Source: Octopus sinensis
Taxonomy: Eukaryota
DNA: 64,000 bases
Direction of reading: 5' to 3'
NCBI RefSeq assembly: GCF_006345805.1
Contig: NC_043001.1
Coordinates: 73,470,001 to 73,534,000 of the forward strand
The notes beneath the pieces were generated by a model that was not told the DNA's origin, did not search any database, and saw only the letters and a list, made by a program, of their open reading frames with translations. Below are positions 26,690-41,641 of the stretch, piece after piece (position 1 is the first letter of the stretch; each line of letters begins with the position of its first letter). The position numbers were made by a program, and so were the translations under genes.

Positions 26690-28649
26690 GCTGCTTTTTA
26701 TGGGATACCTTTTTTTAAAAAAAGGCTGACTAAAGTTGAGGTTTTGTGAGGAAGTAATGGATGAAAGTTACAAAGCACTTCCTTATTTTCCAACAAAATG
26801 TCAATGACCACCAAATCTTTGTGGAATTTCAGAAGCAAACAAAGTCCTGAAATGGAAATTATAATAGAATAAATAATTGGTTAGTAGATGTAAGTAATTT
26901 TAAAATGATCAAATTTTGATTAAAATAAAATGCTGAGAGAAAAAGTGAAGTGAGTTCAAAAAAGAGAAATATTGAGAAAAAGTACCAAGTTTACTTATAA
27001 ACAATTCCAAATAAACTATTACTGGTCTATATTTATTTCAAATTGATATAGTATCTTTTTCTAAGAGAGTAGAGTATAATTTGAGACAGACTTGACCTGT
27101 TATTTCTTGCAGGTTGAAGAACCCTGTACAAGCTCCCTCATTGGTTCATGTTAACATGTTTTTAAGTTTAGCAGGAAGCTAGTTCATATATGAACATAGT
27201 TTATATATATGAACATAGTTTATATATCTTCCTGCTAAACCAAAATAGTTTATATATGAATGCTAAACATTTTGCTTTATAAATTAGTCAGAAGATGTAG
27301 AACACTGTAATATCAGACTGATGCGGTGATGTTTAGCATCGACATTAGAAGGTATCTGTAGGAAAAACACTGAATGGAGGAGCCCTGGGGGTCACTGCTC
27401 TAGGTCGAAAGATAGAATGAAGTATCTAGTATGGGTGTAAGGGGGATGAGACTCAGTAAGTGTAAGTGAAGAACTGATGTAATTTACATTATGTTTTTGA
27501 AATATGATAAGATATAGAGCTATTTATGAGAAAACCTTATTTTAAAAAAAACAAAATCTACTGGTAAACTTTAAGTGTCCAGAATACTACTTTATTGTCC
27601 AGAATACTACAACGTTAGTGCCAACCAGTCTCATCCTTTGTATTATACATAGTTTTGCAGTATAGAGAATTTCTTGAGATTCAGAGTTACCGAGCTAACA
27701 AAGGTTTTTCTGTTTCTGGAGAGAGTTTTGCAAAGGATAGATCTTTCCATTTGATGTTATAGGTGTGTTGCTATCTTTTAGTGACAATATTTTACAGAGT
27801 GGTTCCTACTTTTTTATAGTGGTTACAGAATAAGTGTGTATGCTTGTAATATCTACTTTTCATGACATTAGTATTTAAACTTATACAAGACATGTTAATA
27901 GAGTTGGTGTGCACAAATATAAGTTCTGTTGCTAAATAATTTCATGTAAGTGAATAATAGCTGGGGTTAGCACAGTTACATGTTTGTGAAGGGAGCTGTA
28001 ACATGCTCCATTTTCTGTTTGGCATGTCTTCTACAGATGGATGCCCTTCCTAATACCAACCACTTTACAGAGTGTATTGGGTGCTTTTTATGTGTTCTAC
28101 AATAGTTCCAGCCCAACCAAAACCTTGATTGAATATAGTAGACAGAAACTGAACAAAATTAAATACAATGTGTGCTTCTCTGTCTGTCTGTATCTGTATG
28201 TGTGTGTGTGTGTGTGTGTGTCTGTGTGTGTGTGTGTGTAAAAAGCAAATTAGTTAGAAAATCTCTATAAGGGATACAAACAGTAACTATATTGAGAAGT
28301 AATGTTTATCACCACAGCTACATGTTTGTTCCATAGGAACCGACGTTACTACCATTTTAACCCTAGGAGGATGCCTCCTCCAGCTGTTTAGTTGATGCAA
28401 TCTGCAGCTGGTATATATTGCAAACAGGGGAACAAATCCCTACCATCTTCCAGCAACAGGACCACCAGACTGTCCAGCTTCAAGCTATTTGTGCTCATCC
28501 TCAGTGGTAGATACTCGTTTGCTAGAGATTAATTTTTTTCTTAGGATAATTAATATCGTACATAGAAGGGACAAAACAAGACAATTATTACGAGTTCGTA
28601 TGATACTTAGTTTTTAAAAATATCGAATGATATATAATTAAATTTGACT

Positions 28650-31060
28650 TTTGGGTGAGGGAATTAAACCTGATGGGTTGAAAATCCCAGCGACTATACC
28701 TTTTCCTATTCCCATGAAGATTAAGCAAGGTCACTTGCACCCACTTTTCTTACCACAGCCTTCCATCTTTTCTCGAACACACCTCGTGGTAGGCTCTCTT
28801 CTCCAGCCCTATCTTGCTCTTCAGATGGTATCTGAAGTATGTCAGAAAACCAGGGCTAGAGATGAAAGATCGTGTCGTGAGTCCTTGCAATCTGGTCTTC
28901 CACACACACTCTTTCAACACTGCCACTGAACAGAGAAAACATGCCTCACCTTCCTTTGAGAGTCCAGTTGGCAGCACAATCTGCCTAGGTGTGACAACAC
29001 TTGTTCAACGTAAATTACCAAGCCTGAAAGCTTCCAGCACTGTACAAAAGCATGCTGGACGGTTTCATCGTCCAACCCACATCTTGGACATGCCATTGGC
29101 ACTGACATCCCATGCCTGGATAACTTATCGCAAACAGGTAAAATATTCCTGTAGCACTGCCAGGTCGGAGATTTTTGGTAATTATCCAAATACCTTGGCC
29201 TGAAAGTTTTTTGCAACTGGTTGGGACGTTAGTTCTAGTTGAACCCCAGAGCCCCTCCTAGGACGTCATCATTTTTTAACTCTACCAGCCCTTTATACAA
29301 AACCGAGATGGTATTCCCACTGCCAGCCTTGTCCGTCTTGTGGATTAGCATGAGTGCCTGTCGATATTCCATTTGCCATTCTATCAGATTATGTCTTTTA
29401 ATAAAACTGGATATGAATCTCTTCAAAGAGGCTGGTTGCGGAAAGAATTCCTCCACCAGTGGATTTCACACCTTGTTGCCCTCCAGGTAGCACCAGAGAT
29501 GCCTCAGCCTCAACGCATGTCTGCGCATCATTAGCCAGGGTATCCCTAACCCACCCTTTAACAGTCCTGGCAGCAGATGGAGCGCCTCACAAGTGGCTTT
29601 CCTCCTTTCCACAATAAGCGGAAGAGGAGGCGCTCCAACTTGTTTAGCCACAAGTCAAGGCAAGGGCAACAGTTATGCAGTAGGTGATTACAGATGCAAT
29701 AAACACCTGTACCACCCCTGCCCTTCCTTTCAGGGACAGAGCCCGTCTGGACCAAGTGTGGACTGGGGCCTCCACCCTGTCTACCACCTTGCTCCAATTC
29801 TTCTCCATCTGGGAGTCCAGTCCAAACCAAACTCCAAGCAACTTAACAGGACCATCTGTCCAGTGACCCATGACACTCGACGATATTGACTTGCTCCTCC
29901 AGATGCTGAGGCACAAGCCGATGGACTTGTCCTTGTTGATTTTTGCCCCTGCCACCCCCTTGAATCCTTTGATAGCATCCTCTACACAAGGCAGCTGAGC
30001 CTCATTAGACACAATGATTTTGACGTCATCCACATAAGCAGAGACTGAATTACTGCATCCAATTTCATTGGGGGTGCACCCCAAATTCTCCAACTTCTGC
30101 AGTAATGGCTCAAGAGCCAACACATACAGAAGCGGAGACAGGGGACACCCTTGATGAACTGAGCACTTGATTGAAAACAGCTCCGACAGGTAGCCATTTA
30201 TCTGAATGGTGGATTTGATGCCACTCTACATTGCAAAGATCTACTGATGGAAGTCCGGGCCCAGCCCAACCGCTTTGAGGACTACTGCCAGGTACTAGTG
30301 GTCTATCCTATCAAATGCTTTGCTGGTTAATTTACCCAACCTGTCTAAGGCGTAGCGTATAAGGTGAAGAGTGTCCTGGATCGAGCTGCCTGGAATGGTG
30401 CATGTCTGTGCCTTACCTACAAGCTTCTCCACGACATGCGTCAACCTTTTTTGCTAACACCTTGGCCAAAATCTTTAACTCTATATTGTGTAGAGTTATG
30501 GGCCTGTAATTACTTATAATATCCCCTTGTGCAGGTTCTTCTGGATCAGTGTCACCACTCCCTAACTCACACAGCTGGGAATCCTCCCATTCTGTTGCCA
30601 GTTTGTGTAGACGCCTGCCAGCAGGTACCCGAACAAGTCCAGCATGCTATGATAAAACTCATAGAGTAGACCATCCAGCCCTGGCAACTCGTCCCTGGCG
30701 CACTTGGCCAACACCTCTTTGACCTCTGCAGGTGTAATTGGTCCTTCACAGCATTCCACCTCACATGCCAAGAGTCACAGCCCACCAGTGAGGAAGCCCT
30801 TTAGGAACTCCCCATGCTCGAGTGCATTGCTGCCCCTAAAGAACCAGGCGAAATGCTGGTGAAAGGCCTTTTGCATCTTTTCCTGTCCTTAGATCTTGTG
30901 CACCTGTTCATCAAAGACTTTTGTTAAAGACTTTATAGAGGTTATTTTGCCCCTCTGACACTCCACACAACGGGCCCATCCGGCAATATTAATACTTTCT
31001 CATCTCACTGCATGTAGCTTAGCTCTGACTCTGCAGCCTTCGTGTTTGGCTTTACACATG
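28650..31060 (-). mobile_element. 5'-truncated, decayed L1/Tx1-clade LINE (RT plus C-terminal zinc finger)
   Basis: Fragments CEGPITPAEV..PGLDGLLYEFY, SAYVDDVKI (YADD-like), GAKINKDKS, VKLLGVWFG, LSLKGR, GGLGIP, CPRCGLDDETVQHAFVQC; many frameshifts and stops. Confidence 0.88.
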
Positions 31061-32059
31061 GAACAAACTCCCATAACTTTGGTAACAGCAGATTATGACG
31101 TGAAAAATCCAAGTCTGCTGGAGAGAATAGTAGTTTGCTCCAGCTCGCAATATATAGAAAAATAAGAGACAACCAGTCACTGATCTTGCAACAAGGAAAT
31201 TAGTTAGTCACAAAATCTCTATAAGAGATGAAATCAGTAACTATACTGGGAAGTATTTTTTATCACCAGTTCAGTATAACTGTTCCATAAGAACCAACGT
31301 TACTACCATTTTAACTTCCAGAGGATGCTGGTTAAACCCTCAATCACTTTTCATTTCGAGAGTGCACAGGTTGTTGGCTGACATGAGTACAGGAGGGGTG
31401 ATGTCTTGTACAGATGACAATGTAGAAAGTAATCAGTGCTCAGACTGACAGGCAAGTGAGGAGAAACAGGGTGGTGCAAAGCTAGCAGTGAAGCTGGAAG
31501 TGGATGAGAGGGTAAGTGATGATAGTAAACAATAATGTAGATCATGTACATTTGCTCAGGTGGCCAAAGAGGGGAATAGAAAAAAAGAGCAATGACATCA
31601 GAAGGGCTTGGATGGCTGGTTGGAAGTGAGAAGCAGTTGTATGATTTAAGTGGTAAGATTATGTAGAACAGTAGAGGTGGATAAAAGTAAGGATGGGTGA
31701 TGTGATATTCCTTAAGAGATTGGTGGTAATAGAAGTAACCCTAAGGAAGGGAGAGTGTAATGGCTGGTAGTAGAGAAGGGTATAAAGGGTAACAGAGATG
31801 CAATAGATACAAAGATTTATAGAAGAATGAGGATGGCCTAATACATGAACGGTGAAGGAGTCAGAAGAATGGAGTGGACCAATGTAGTCTTTTTATTAGA
31901 AGAATGAAGTGAACTGGTGGTGATAGTGGTGGTAAGCAGTGAGAAACAAGGTGATGCTGGAAGTCAGGGAATTTGCAGTATGTAAGGTGGGGAGAAGCAG
32001 CAAATTATATATTCTATGCTTGGCAGAGCACAGGGTAACTCAGAGACTCTAAACATTAT

Positions 32060-33180
32060 CCTTATATCAGGGTATGTTTCTTTGTAGCACTGAATATCAC
32101 CAATCAGTACTGCTTTTTCTCATTTCTTCTGTGAGGTGCAGCATCTTCATATCAACCTTCACCACTTCATCCCATGTCTTCCTTGATCTCTCTCTTCCAA
32201 GGGTTGGAATTTTTAGTACTTCTTTATGCAACAGTTATCCTCCATATGCATCAAATATCCATACCAAGACAGCCTTCTCTCTAGGATACTACATCTGATT
32301 CCTTATACCCAATTTTCTTTCAGGTCATTTGTACTCTGGCATTCATGTACATTACCATTACATATCCACTGGAGCATACTTGCTTTATTTTTTTCTCACC
32401 TTTACAGGTCTTCTGCATTCAACCCCCATGTTTCACTATCATGCAGCATCACAATTTTAACACAAGTCTCATACATTCTGCCCTTCACACTGAGGAAGAG
32501 AACCATTGTTGCTAGCAGAGGCTTACTGACTCTTTTTTCCAACCTGTTCTTATCCTGGCAACTACTCTCTGAGAACATGAGTGGTTAGGGTGTTACACAA
32601 GTGACTACAAGATAGTGGTTTCAATTCCTGGAACAGGCAGAGCATTGTGTTCTTAAGCAAAACACTTCATTTCAAGTTGCTCTGTAATTTCTTTGATGCC
32701 TGACATGTAGCAATGTTGATTTGAAGGAAGGAAGAAGCTTATGTACAGACCAACATTTGACCACTATAAACAAATCGTCTGTCATATACATCAGGAGAAT
32801 CCACAATACTTTCAGAACAATCACCTTCACAACTAATTATGTAACCTAGGTAACAGAAATTATAGACCACTCTGAGCAAGCTAAGCATTTAAGAAAGTCT
32901 TTTTCTAGTGCATTCTTAGTGTGTATTGTTCCAGTGCATCTTCCACAGACAAAGCTTGTCATCTCTGATAGTCTGCCTGTGATTCTCCTACACGACTTGT
33001 ATGTCCATAGCCCACACTGAGTACAGTGTATGGAGTTTCTACCTACTCCTTTTCTACATATTGAGAGAGGCTTTTTCCCTGACGATATCAAGGGGCCCTT
33101 GTTTCTTTCCTTCTAACATCACCATCTTTACCAGCTTTGAGTTCACTCAATTCTTTCTAGGCTGCATGTATGTATCTGTG
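32060..33180 (-). mobile_element. Decayed RTE-clade LINE fragment interrupted by a SINE piece (about 32575-32800)
   Basis: ICRKGVGRNSIHCTQCGLWTYKSCRRITGRL..FVCGRCTG is the Cys-rich post-RT motif; downstream sequence resembles the RTE 3' ORF at 61450-61900. Confidence 0.7.
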
Positions 33181-33566
33181 TGAATCAATCAATCAATAAA
33201 CTAATCTGTCTGTCTGTCTATGTATGTGTGTATTTATATATATGTACCTGTTTCTTAGTCTTAAGAATGTGTGATAATTGTAAATGAGCATCACTGTCAT
33301 AAAAGCAGAATCCTTTGTTTCCATCCCACTGTGAAAAATATGGCTGGCCATGGGGAAATATTACCTTGTTTGGAAATGGGTGAAGGTTGGAGAGAGGAAA
33401 GAAATCTGCCTTAAGAAACTCTAGCTGACCTGTACAAGCCTAGAAAAGTGGATGTTAAAATGATGATGATGATGGTGGTGGTGGTGGTGGCAATAACTCT
33501 TCTATGTCTTAGCTTGGCTTATTTATTTAAGTTGAAAATTCTTTTTTCTAATGAACAAATATTTTT

Positions 33567-33601
<35 letters not shown>

Positions 33602-34580
33602 TATTATATGCATGCATGGCGTTTTAAATAAATTGACAACTAAAGACAGGATTTAATCATATCACTAAGAATTTGTCACACTAAGAGGAATCAGGTGTAA
33701 ATATTTAAGTTCCCAAGTTCAATTTCAAGTGAATATTCTTATTCACAAGAATATGGAAGAAACAATACTAAAGAATATGTCTAATTTCTTATTACATAAC
33801 AATTAAGAGCAATATTTTGGGGTAATAGAGGTGAAAGACTGAAGAAGTGAGAATTTTATAAAAAAAAGTAATACAAAGTATATTCTTTTATATCCTTTTT
33901 CAGCACAAGATCCTGTAATATTTTTAATGAAATCATCGTCTGTCTCCTACCTATAGCTATTCTGTATATCACAGAAATCTTATTGCTCCTGCAGTGTTTC
34001 ATAAGCAAATGATATCAACATCTTACATAACCACAGTTATATCAGACAACAAGGAAGAAGATGAAAAGAAAAGCATCTATAATATATTTAAGCCTACTAT
34101 GTCTAGCATTTGCCACTACATTCTGACATTCTGCTGCTGTTCCTGCTTCTGCTGATGCTGCTGTTGCTGTTGTTCTGTCGGTACATAAACACCTCTGCAC
34201 TTAGCTTTCCAAGGCTGCAGTGCAAAATAAGATTTCAAGCAGTGAATTTCAAGAAAACTGTTTAGTCTTAACAATGATAGGTTTTAGCAATGAAAAGGTG
34301 AAGAGGTGAATGGAGTTCTGGTTTTACTGCTTCTTGAAGTAATTCATATGATTTTTAGTAAAGATTGTTGGTAATTTTGGATATATTAAACATTAGGTAA
34401 ATCTTTAAAATCTGTTTGGTATTGTAAAAAACAATCTGATTGAATAACTATGCAGTCATATATACCTATATTATATAATATTCACTCTTTCTCTCTTACA
34501 AATATATATAGACATATATACATATATATCTACCTACACACACATACATATATGCATATGTATATATAAATATAAGTATA

Positions 34581-34633
<53 letters not shown>

Positions 34634-34687
34634 TAAATGCATCTATATAGACATTTATTTAAAATTATATATATATATCTATGTATG

Positions 34688-34720
<33 letters not shown>

Positions 34721-34797
34721 ATAATATTATTGCTCTTTCTTACAAAATATACAGAACTGCTAAAAAGAAGTGCTTGGGTCGAACCTGAGACAAAAGA

Positions 34798-35582
34798 TAA
34801 GAATTAAGATATAAACTCAAATTAGGCAATCATACTCATACATTTATAAATTTGGCTTAAAATGCGTATATATATATTAATACATATTGACACATGAATA
34901 TTTTTAAAAAATATTTATAAAATATGAATATATATATATAAATACACATAAAAATACATGTAAATAAAACCCATATGTGATATGTATGGAAGGAAGTGTG
35001 AGAAAAAGAGGACTGAAAAAAATTTTTTTTGTACTGAAATTAAGAGCGGTTGAGAGCTTCAATTAAAATATCCAAAGGGTTTGGTGTGTTTTTTTTAAAA
35101 TATAAATGGTGTATAAGGTATGTAGAATGTGATTTTATGAGGATACCTTTCCTGATGAAGTGGATGTTGTCCACATGGTTTGTAAGATTTATTAATTTTT
35201 CTACCAGGACATGAGCTCTAGAAACAGCTGTTGAAAGTGAACCTCCTCGAACTCTATTATGCACCTTATATACCATTTATAATTTTAAAAAAACATACCG
35301 AACTCTATGGATCTTTTAATCAAAACTCTTAACCGCTCTTAATTTCAGTACAAAAAAAATTTTTTCAGTCCTCTTTTTCTCACACATCCTTCCATACGTA
35401 TCCCACATGGATTTTATTTACATGTATTTTTATGTATATTTATATACATATTTATATTTTATAGATATTTTAAAAAATAGTCATATGTGTCGATATGTAT
35501 TAATATATGTATACGGATTTTAAGTCGAATTTATAAATGTATGAGTATGATTGCCTAATTTGAGTTTATATCTTAATTCTTA
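34798..35582. mobile_element. 785-bp inverted-repeat element (arms about 330 bp) with a central hammerhead; second copy at about 35798-36583
   Basis: taagaattaagatataaactcaaattaggcaatcatactcatacatttataaa.. mirrors ..tttataaatgtatgagtatgattgcctaatttgagtttatatcttaattctta. Confidence 0.88.
35147..35237 (+). ncRNA. Type-I hammerhead ribozyme fold (duplicate at 36148-36238)
   Basis: CUUUC-CUGAUGA-[62 nt]-GAAA-CAGCUG-UU-GAAAG: 5-bp stem I, intact core, palindromic stem III, GUU site. The base of stem II pairs poorly. Confidence 0.6.
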
Positions 35583-35691
35583 TATATTTACATATATATA
35601 TATATATAATATATATATATATATACACACACACACATAAATGCATCTATATAGACATTTATTTAAAATTATATATATATATCTATGTATG

Positions 35692-35723
<32 letters not shown>

Positions 35724-36769
35724 ATAATATTATTGCTCTTTCTTACAAAATATACAGAACTGCTAAAAAGAAGTGCTTGGGTCGAACCTGAGACAAAAGA
35801 TAAGAATTAAGATATAAACTCAAATTAGGCAATCATACTCATACATTTATAAATTGGCTTAAAATGCGTATATATATATTAATACATATTGACACATGAA
35901 TATTTTTAAAAAATATTTATAAAATATGAATATATATATATAAATACACATAAAAATACATGTAAATAAAACCCATATGTGATATGTATGGAAGGAAGTG
36001 TGAGAAAAAGAGGACTGAAAAAAATTTTTTTTGTACTGAAATTAAGAGCGGTTGAGAGCTTCAATTAAAATATCCAAAGGGTTGGTGTGTTTTTTTTAAA
36101 ATATAAATGGTGTATAAGGTATGTAGAATGTGATTTTATGAGGATACCTTTCCTGATGAAGTGGATGTTGTCCACATGGTTTGTAAGATTTATTAATTTT
36201 TCTACCAGGACATGAGCTCTAGAAACAGCTGTTGAAAGTGAACCTCCTCGAACTCTATTATGCACCTTATATACCATTTATAATTTTAAAAAAACATACC
36301 GAACTCTATGGATCTTTTAATCAAAACTCTTAACCGCTCTTAATTTCAGTACAAAAAAAATTTTTTCAGTCCTCTTTTTCTCACACATCCTTCCATACGT
36401 ATCCCACATGGATTTTATTTACATGTATTTTTATGTATATTTATATACATATTTATATTTTATAGATATTTTAAAAAATAGTCATATGTGTCGATATGTA
36501 TTAATATATGTATACGGATTTTAAGTCGAATTTATAAATGTATGAGTATGATTGCCTAATTTGAGTTTATATCTTAATTCTTATATATTTACATATATAT
36601 ATATATATAAATAATTTGGGAAAACAAATTTCCAAATCAATCAAGTGCAACCCCTCAGCATTATATGCATCTACATATTGTATTTTGGGGTCTTATTTAT
36701 CATATATTTATATATTTATCTATAAATATACAAAGCATCTGATAAAAATTGAATATCTATCTATCTATC

Positions 36770-37440
<671 letters not shown>

Positions 37441-37603
37441 CGTTTAAATATTTGTTGTGCAAGATTTTTTATGTGAAGTCGTGTGTTGAAACAGATATTG
37501 TTATATTTCGGAATAAATATCACTGAAGCAAAATAACACCAAATATATAGTGCGTGTGTTCTTATTGGCTAAACTGGCAATATGACCATTCCGAAATATA
37601 ACA

Positions 37604-37634
<31 letters not shown>

Positions 37635-37652
37635 TGTATGTATATATATATG

Positions 37653-37691
<39 letters not shown>

Positions 37692-37720
37692 GTATGTATA
37701 TATATATGTATATATATATG

Positions 37721-37778
<58 letters not shown>

Positions 37779-37785
37779 GACACAG

Positions 37786-37822
<37 letters not shown>

Positions 37823-38665
37823 CTAACTGATGTACCTGGTAATTCCCAGAGAATCAAGGTTTATCCCTTGGTTCCGTTCTCATAATTGTTTCACTAATCC
37901 AATAAAAACAATACAAATTATGTAGCGCTTAGAATGTTTTTGTGCATTTACAGAGAATAGCAAACTGTCTTACACAGGATCTTGTTTTTAGGAATTCCCA
38001 ATAAGATATGAATACCCCAAATTGTTAAGTCAGTTATGTAATAACAATTAGAATTCATATAAAGTAGCCCCCAAAAGGGCTTTAATACATTCACAGAGTA
38101 TATAGAACTTGAGAGGAAATACTAATAAGGTATGTATACTTAAATTGTGAAGCATGTTATGTAATAACAGGCTAATTAGATATAAGATAATAACAATTCA
38201 AAGTAAATAACTCTGAAAAGGGCTTTCGTGTGTTCTCTGAGAATATTAACCTCAGCGGCACTAGTGTTGATATATTGGTGAATAAGTCATAAACCAAAAT
38301 AAGTGGATCTATTGTTTAGGAAAATACTATTTACTTGTTTAAAGGTTGTACTGGATAAATTGTGAAAATAACTCTAGCAGTTCAAATACTAAGAAATAAG
38401 CATACTCAATTTGATTTATACCAAATGATTTAGGAAAATGAATGGGTTATTTCCCTTGGCTGTTAAAATCTGTTAAAATGCAATATATTAGATATATATA
38501 AGGGTCCATTTCAACAATCTGAGTATGCCATGTGGCTTCCAAGCATGAGTTCTACTCACATGTCAAGTTTCATCAAAATTGATCAAATGATGTAGGAGGA
38601 GTTAGCTAACAACACCACAAACACACCCATAGACAGAATTTTCCACATATGTAGTAGATATATAT
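37823..38665 (+). mobile_element. About 840-bp non-autonomous element, probably Helitron/Helentron-derived; second copy at about 62388-63280
   Basis: Two diverged direct copies 24.5 kb apart. Start actaactga(t/c)gtacc; 3' part caagtttcatcaaaattgatcaaatgatgtaggaggagttagctaacaac..tagtagata. This resembles HINE/DINE-1/Lep1-type ends. No TSD or TIR; both copies sit in (TA)n. Confidence 0.6.
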
Positions 38666-38728
38666 ATGTGTGTGTGTGTGTATGTGTGTGTACACATATA
38701 TATATACATACATATATATATATACATA

Positions 38729-38784
<56 letters not shown>

Positions 38785-38793
38785 CATACACAC

Positions 38794-38825
<32 letters not shown>

Positions 38826-39542
38826 TGAACAATAGACTTCTTTCACTTTGGTCGGCCTGAGGCTAGAGTAAAAGACACTTGCCCAAGCTACCATACAGTG
38901 GAATTGAATCCAGAACCATGTGGCTGAGAAGCGAGCTTCTTACCACACAGCTATGCCTGTATACCTGTTATAATCATGTGACCATGCAGAGGCACTGCCT
39001 GAAAGGGTTTAATCAAACAAATCTAGCCCAGTAGTTATTTTTTTAAAAGTTTGGTGATTATTATATCAGATTCTTTTTGCTAAACTGGTAAGTTACAAGG
39101 AAATAAAATAAACCAATACTAGTTGTGAAGTGGAGAGGGGACAAACACAAAGACACACACACACACACACACACACATGTATGCTTATGTATACATATAT
39201 ATGGAAAAATGGATACATAATACATATGTGCATACACACACACACATACACACACACACACACATATATATATACACACATGTATGCATACATATACACA
39301 ATGAGCTTTTATATAGTTTTACCTATCAAACTCAGTTACAAGGCATTGGTCAGCCCACAGTTATAGTTGAAAACGCTTGTCCAACCTGAAAGCTTAACGG
39401 TTCAGCAAAGTATGAAGGAGTATGAAACATTAAAAAGGAACACGAGTACTGGGGGGGCAAAAACCATTCAAGGTGATACCCCACCACCACCACCATATGG
39501 CCATGGTTCAATGACTGAAACAAGGTAAAAGACAAAAGATTA

Positions 39543-39900
39543 AAGATGCTGATGACATAGTTCTTATAACTGAATCATCTGTAAATTTAGAGAAGAAATT
39601 CCCAAAATGAAAACTTAGTTTTTGTTAAGTTTACTTTGAGATCTCTTGATTCTAGAATAAAACTTAATAAAGACTAAAGTAGCAGTAAGTAGGAGAAAAG
39701 ACAGGACCCAGTTGCTTTTAGGGAAATGAGCAAATCTGATATATGTAAAAGGAGTAAATAGAGATCCCACATAGTGTACAAAATGTAAACTATAGACACA
39801 CAAGAGATTTAGAGGGATAACAGGAAGGTTAACAGGTAAGGTAGCCATTATATGCAATAAATGCATAAAAGCAATAAGCATTAAAAGCAGAAGTGAACAG
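39543..39900 (+). mobile_element. Decayed RTE-clade RT fragment
   Basis: DADDIVLITES (YADD motif), KTKV and a degenerate Cys-rich block ..THKRFRGITGRLTG..ICNKC, homologous to 32846-33091. Confidence 0.65.
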
Positions 39901-40021
39901 ACCCTCCCAAATGTCCAGCTGGGTCTCTAGAAGTAGCTAATAGCTTTTGTTGCCTAGTAGACCTAATTAGCAGTTGGGCTTGGAGACTTCTGAAGGCAGA
40001 GTAACTAGAGTAACAGAGTAA

Positions 40022-40455
40022 TAGGCACAGGAGTGGCTGTGTGGTATGTAGCTTGCTTACCAACCACATGGTTGTGTGGTAAGTAGCTTGCTTACCAACC
40101 ACATGGTTCCGGGTTCAGTCCCACTGCGTGGCACCTTGGGCAAGTGTCTTCCACTATAGCCTTGGGCCGACCAAAGCCTTGTGAGTGGATTTGGTAGATG
40201 GAAACTGAAAGAAGCCTGTCGTATATATGTATATGTATATATATATATGTGTGTGTGTGTTTGTGTTTGTCCCCCCACCCCAACATCACTTGACAACCGG
40301 TGCTGGTGTGTTTACGTCCCCGTAACTTAGCGGTGCAGCAAAAGAGACCAATTGAATAAGTACTAGGCATACAAAGAATAAGTCCTGGAGTCGATTTGCT
40401 CGACTAAAGGCGGTGCTCCGGCATGGCCAGTGTCAAATGACTGAAACAAGTAAAA
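40022..40455 (+). mobile_element. SINE family A with a duplicated head segment
   Basis: Homologous to 55745-56172; gtagcttgcttaccaaccacatggtt occurs twice at about 40049-40108. Confidence 0.85.
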
Positions 40456-41641
40456 GAGTAAAAAGGGAGTAAGAACAGGTTCGAAAAAGTTCAAGAAGTC
40501 TTTTTCTCATGAACGAATGGGAGGCAGGCTACCTCTTTTAACCCAGAATAATTGTAGAAACCATTGATGAGAAACAAGATCATATTGATAAAATTTCGAA
40601 ATAACGTGGTAAGGTTTTATCAAACTACTTCATTCTGTGAGTGTAACTTGCCAATGAAAGATGTTGTGGCTTGCTACTCGCAATCCCAAATATTTTAGAG
40701 GTTACTGTTTTTGTGTGGCTGTTCGAGTTAAATTTTAGCTCTCATTTCTAGCAATTGTAGGTGCTATTTTGCACCCTCATTTACTAATTTTACCTTGTTG
40801 GTTTTAATTGCTATAGCCACCTATAATGTATTTAATATATCATAATACAATAACATATTATTATAATATCTTATTGTATGTTACTATACATATATATAAT
40901 AATATACATTTATATATAATATATATACATATGCATTATATATAATATATATACATATACATTATATATATAATATATACATACATAATATATATACTTA
41001 TCACTCCCTTGGTCTACTTTACCATCCCATTTACATTCTGTCTCTGTTCCTTGTGAGCATGCCCTGGGACTTCACCACCATCTCTCTCCTGCTTTTTTGC
41101 ATTGTTGCTCTCTTCCGCTCTCTCTCTTTCTCCTGCTCTCACTCTCTCTCTCTGAATGGTTAACCATGTAACCTCTCTACAGCAAGACACCTGTTCCTGG
41201 CCTTAGTCTTGATCACTCTTTTCTCTCTCTCCCTCTCTTTCTCTCTCACTCCCTCTCTCTCTCTATCTCTTTCTCTCTCTCTCTCTCTGACTGCATAACC
41301 ATGTATCTCCTACAGTAAGACACCTGTTTCTATCTCCTTTCATCACCTCGCACAAAATAACCACCCCCAATGTTCCATCCCCTCTCAAAGGATCTCTGTC
41401 TTGGAAGTTACTTGGTGACTCTGCCAGTGCTGGTGCAAAGTAAAAGGCACTGAGTCCACTCTTTTGAGTGGCTGGTGTTAGGAAGGGCATCAAGCCATAA
41501 AAACCATGCCAAAACAGACTGTTAAGCATTGTGCAGTCTTCTGTCTAGCCAGCTCCTGTCAAACCGTCCAACCCATGTCAGCATGGAAAGCAAATGTTAA
41601 ATGATGAGAGATAACATATATACATATACATAATATATATA

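Larger units (their letters stand above)
34622..36610 (+). repeat. Tandem duplication of an about 1.0-kb unit (34622-35624 and 35625-36610)
   Basis: Units are near-identical, start and end in (TA)n/(CA)n, and differ mainly in homopolymer and microsatellite length. Confidence 0.92.
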
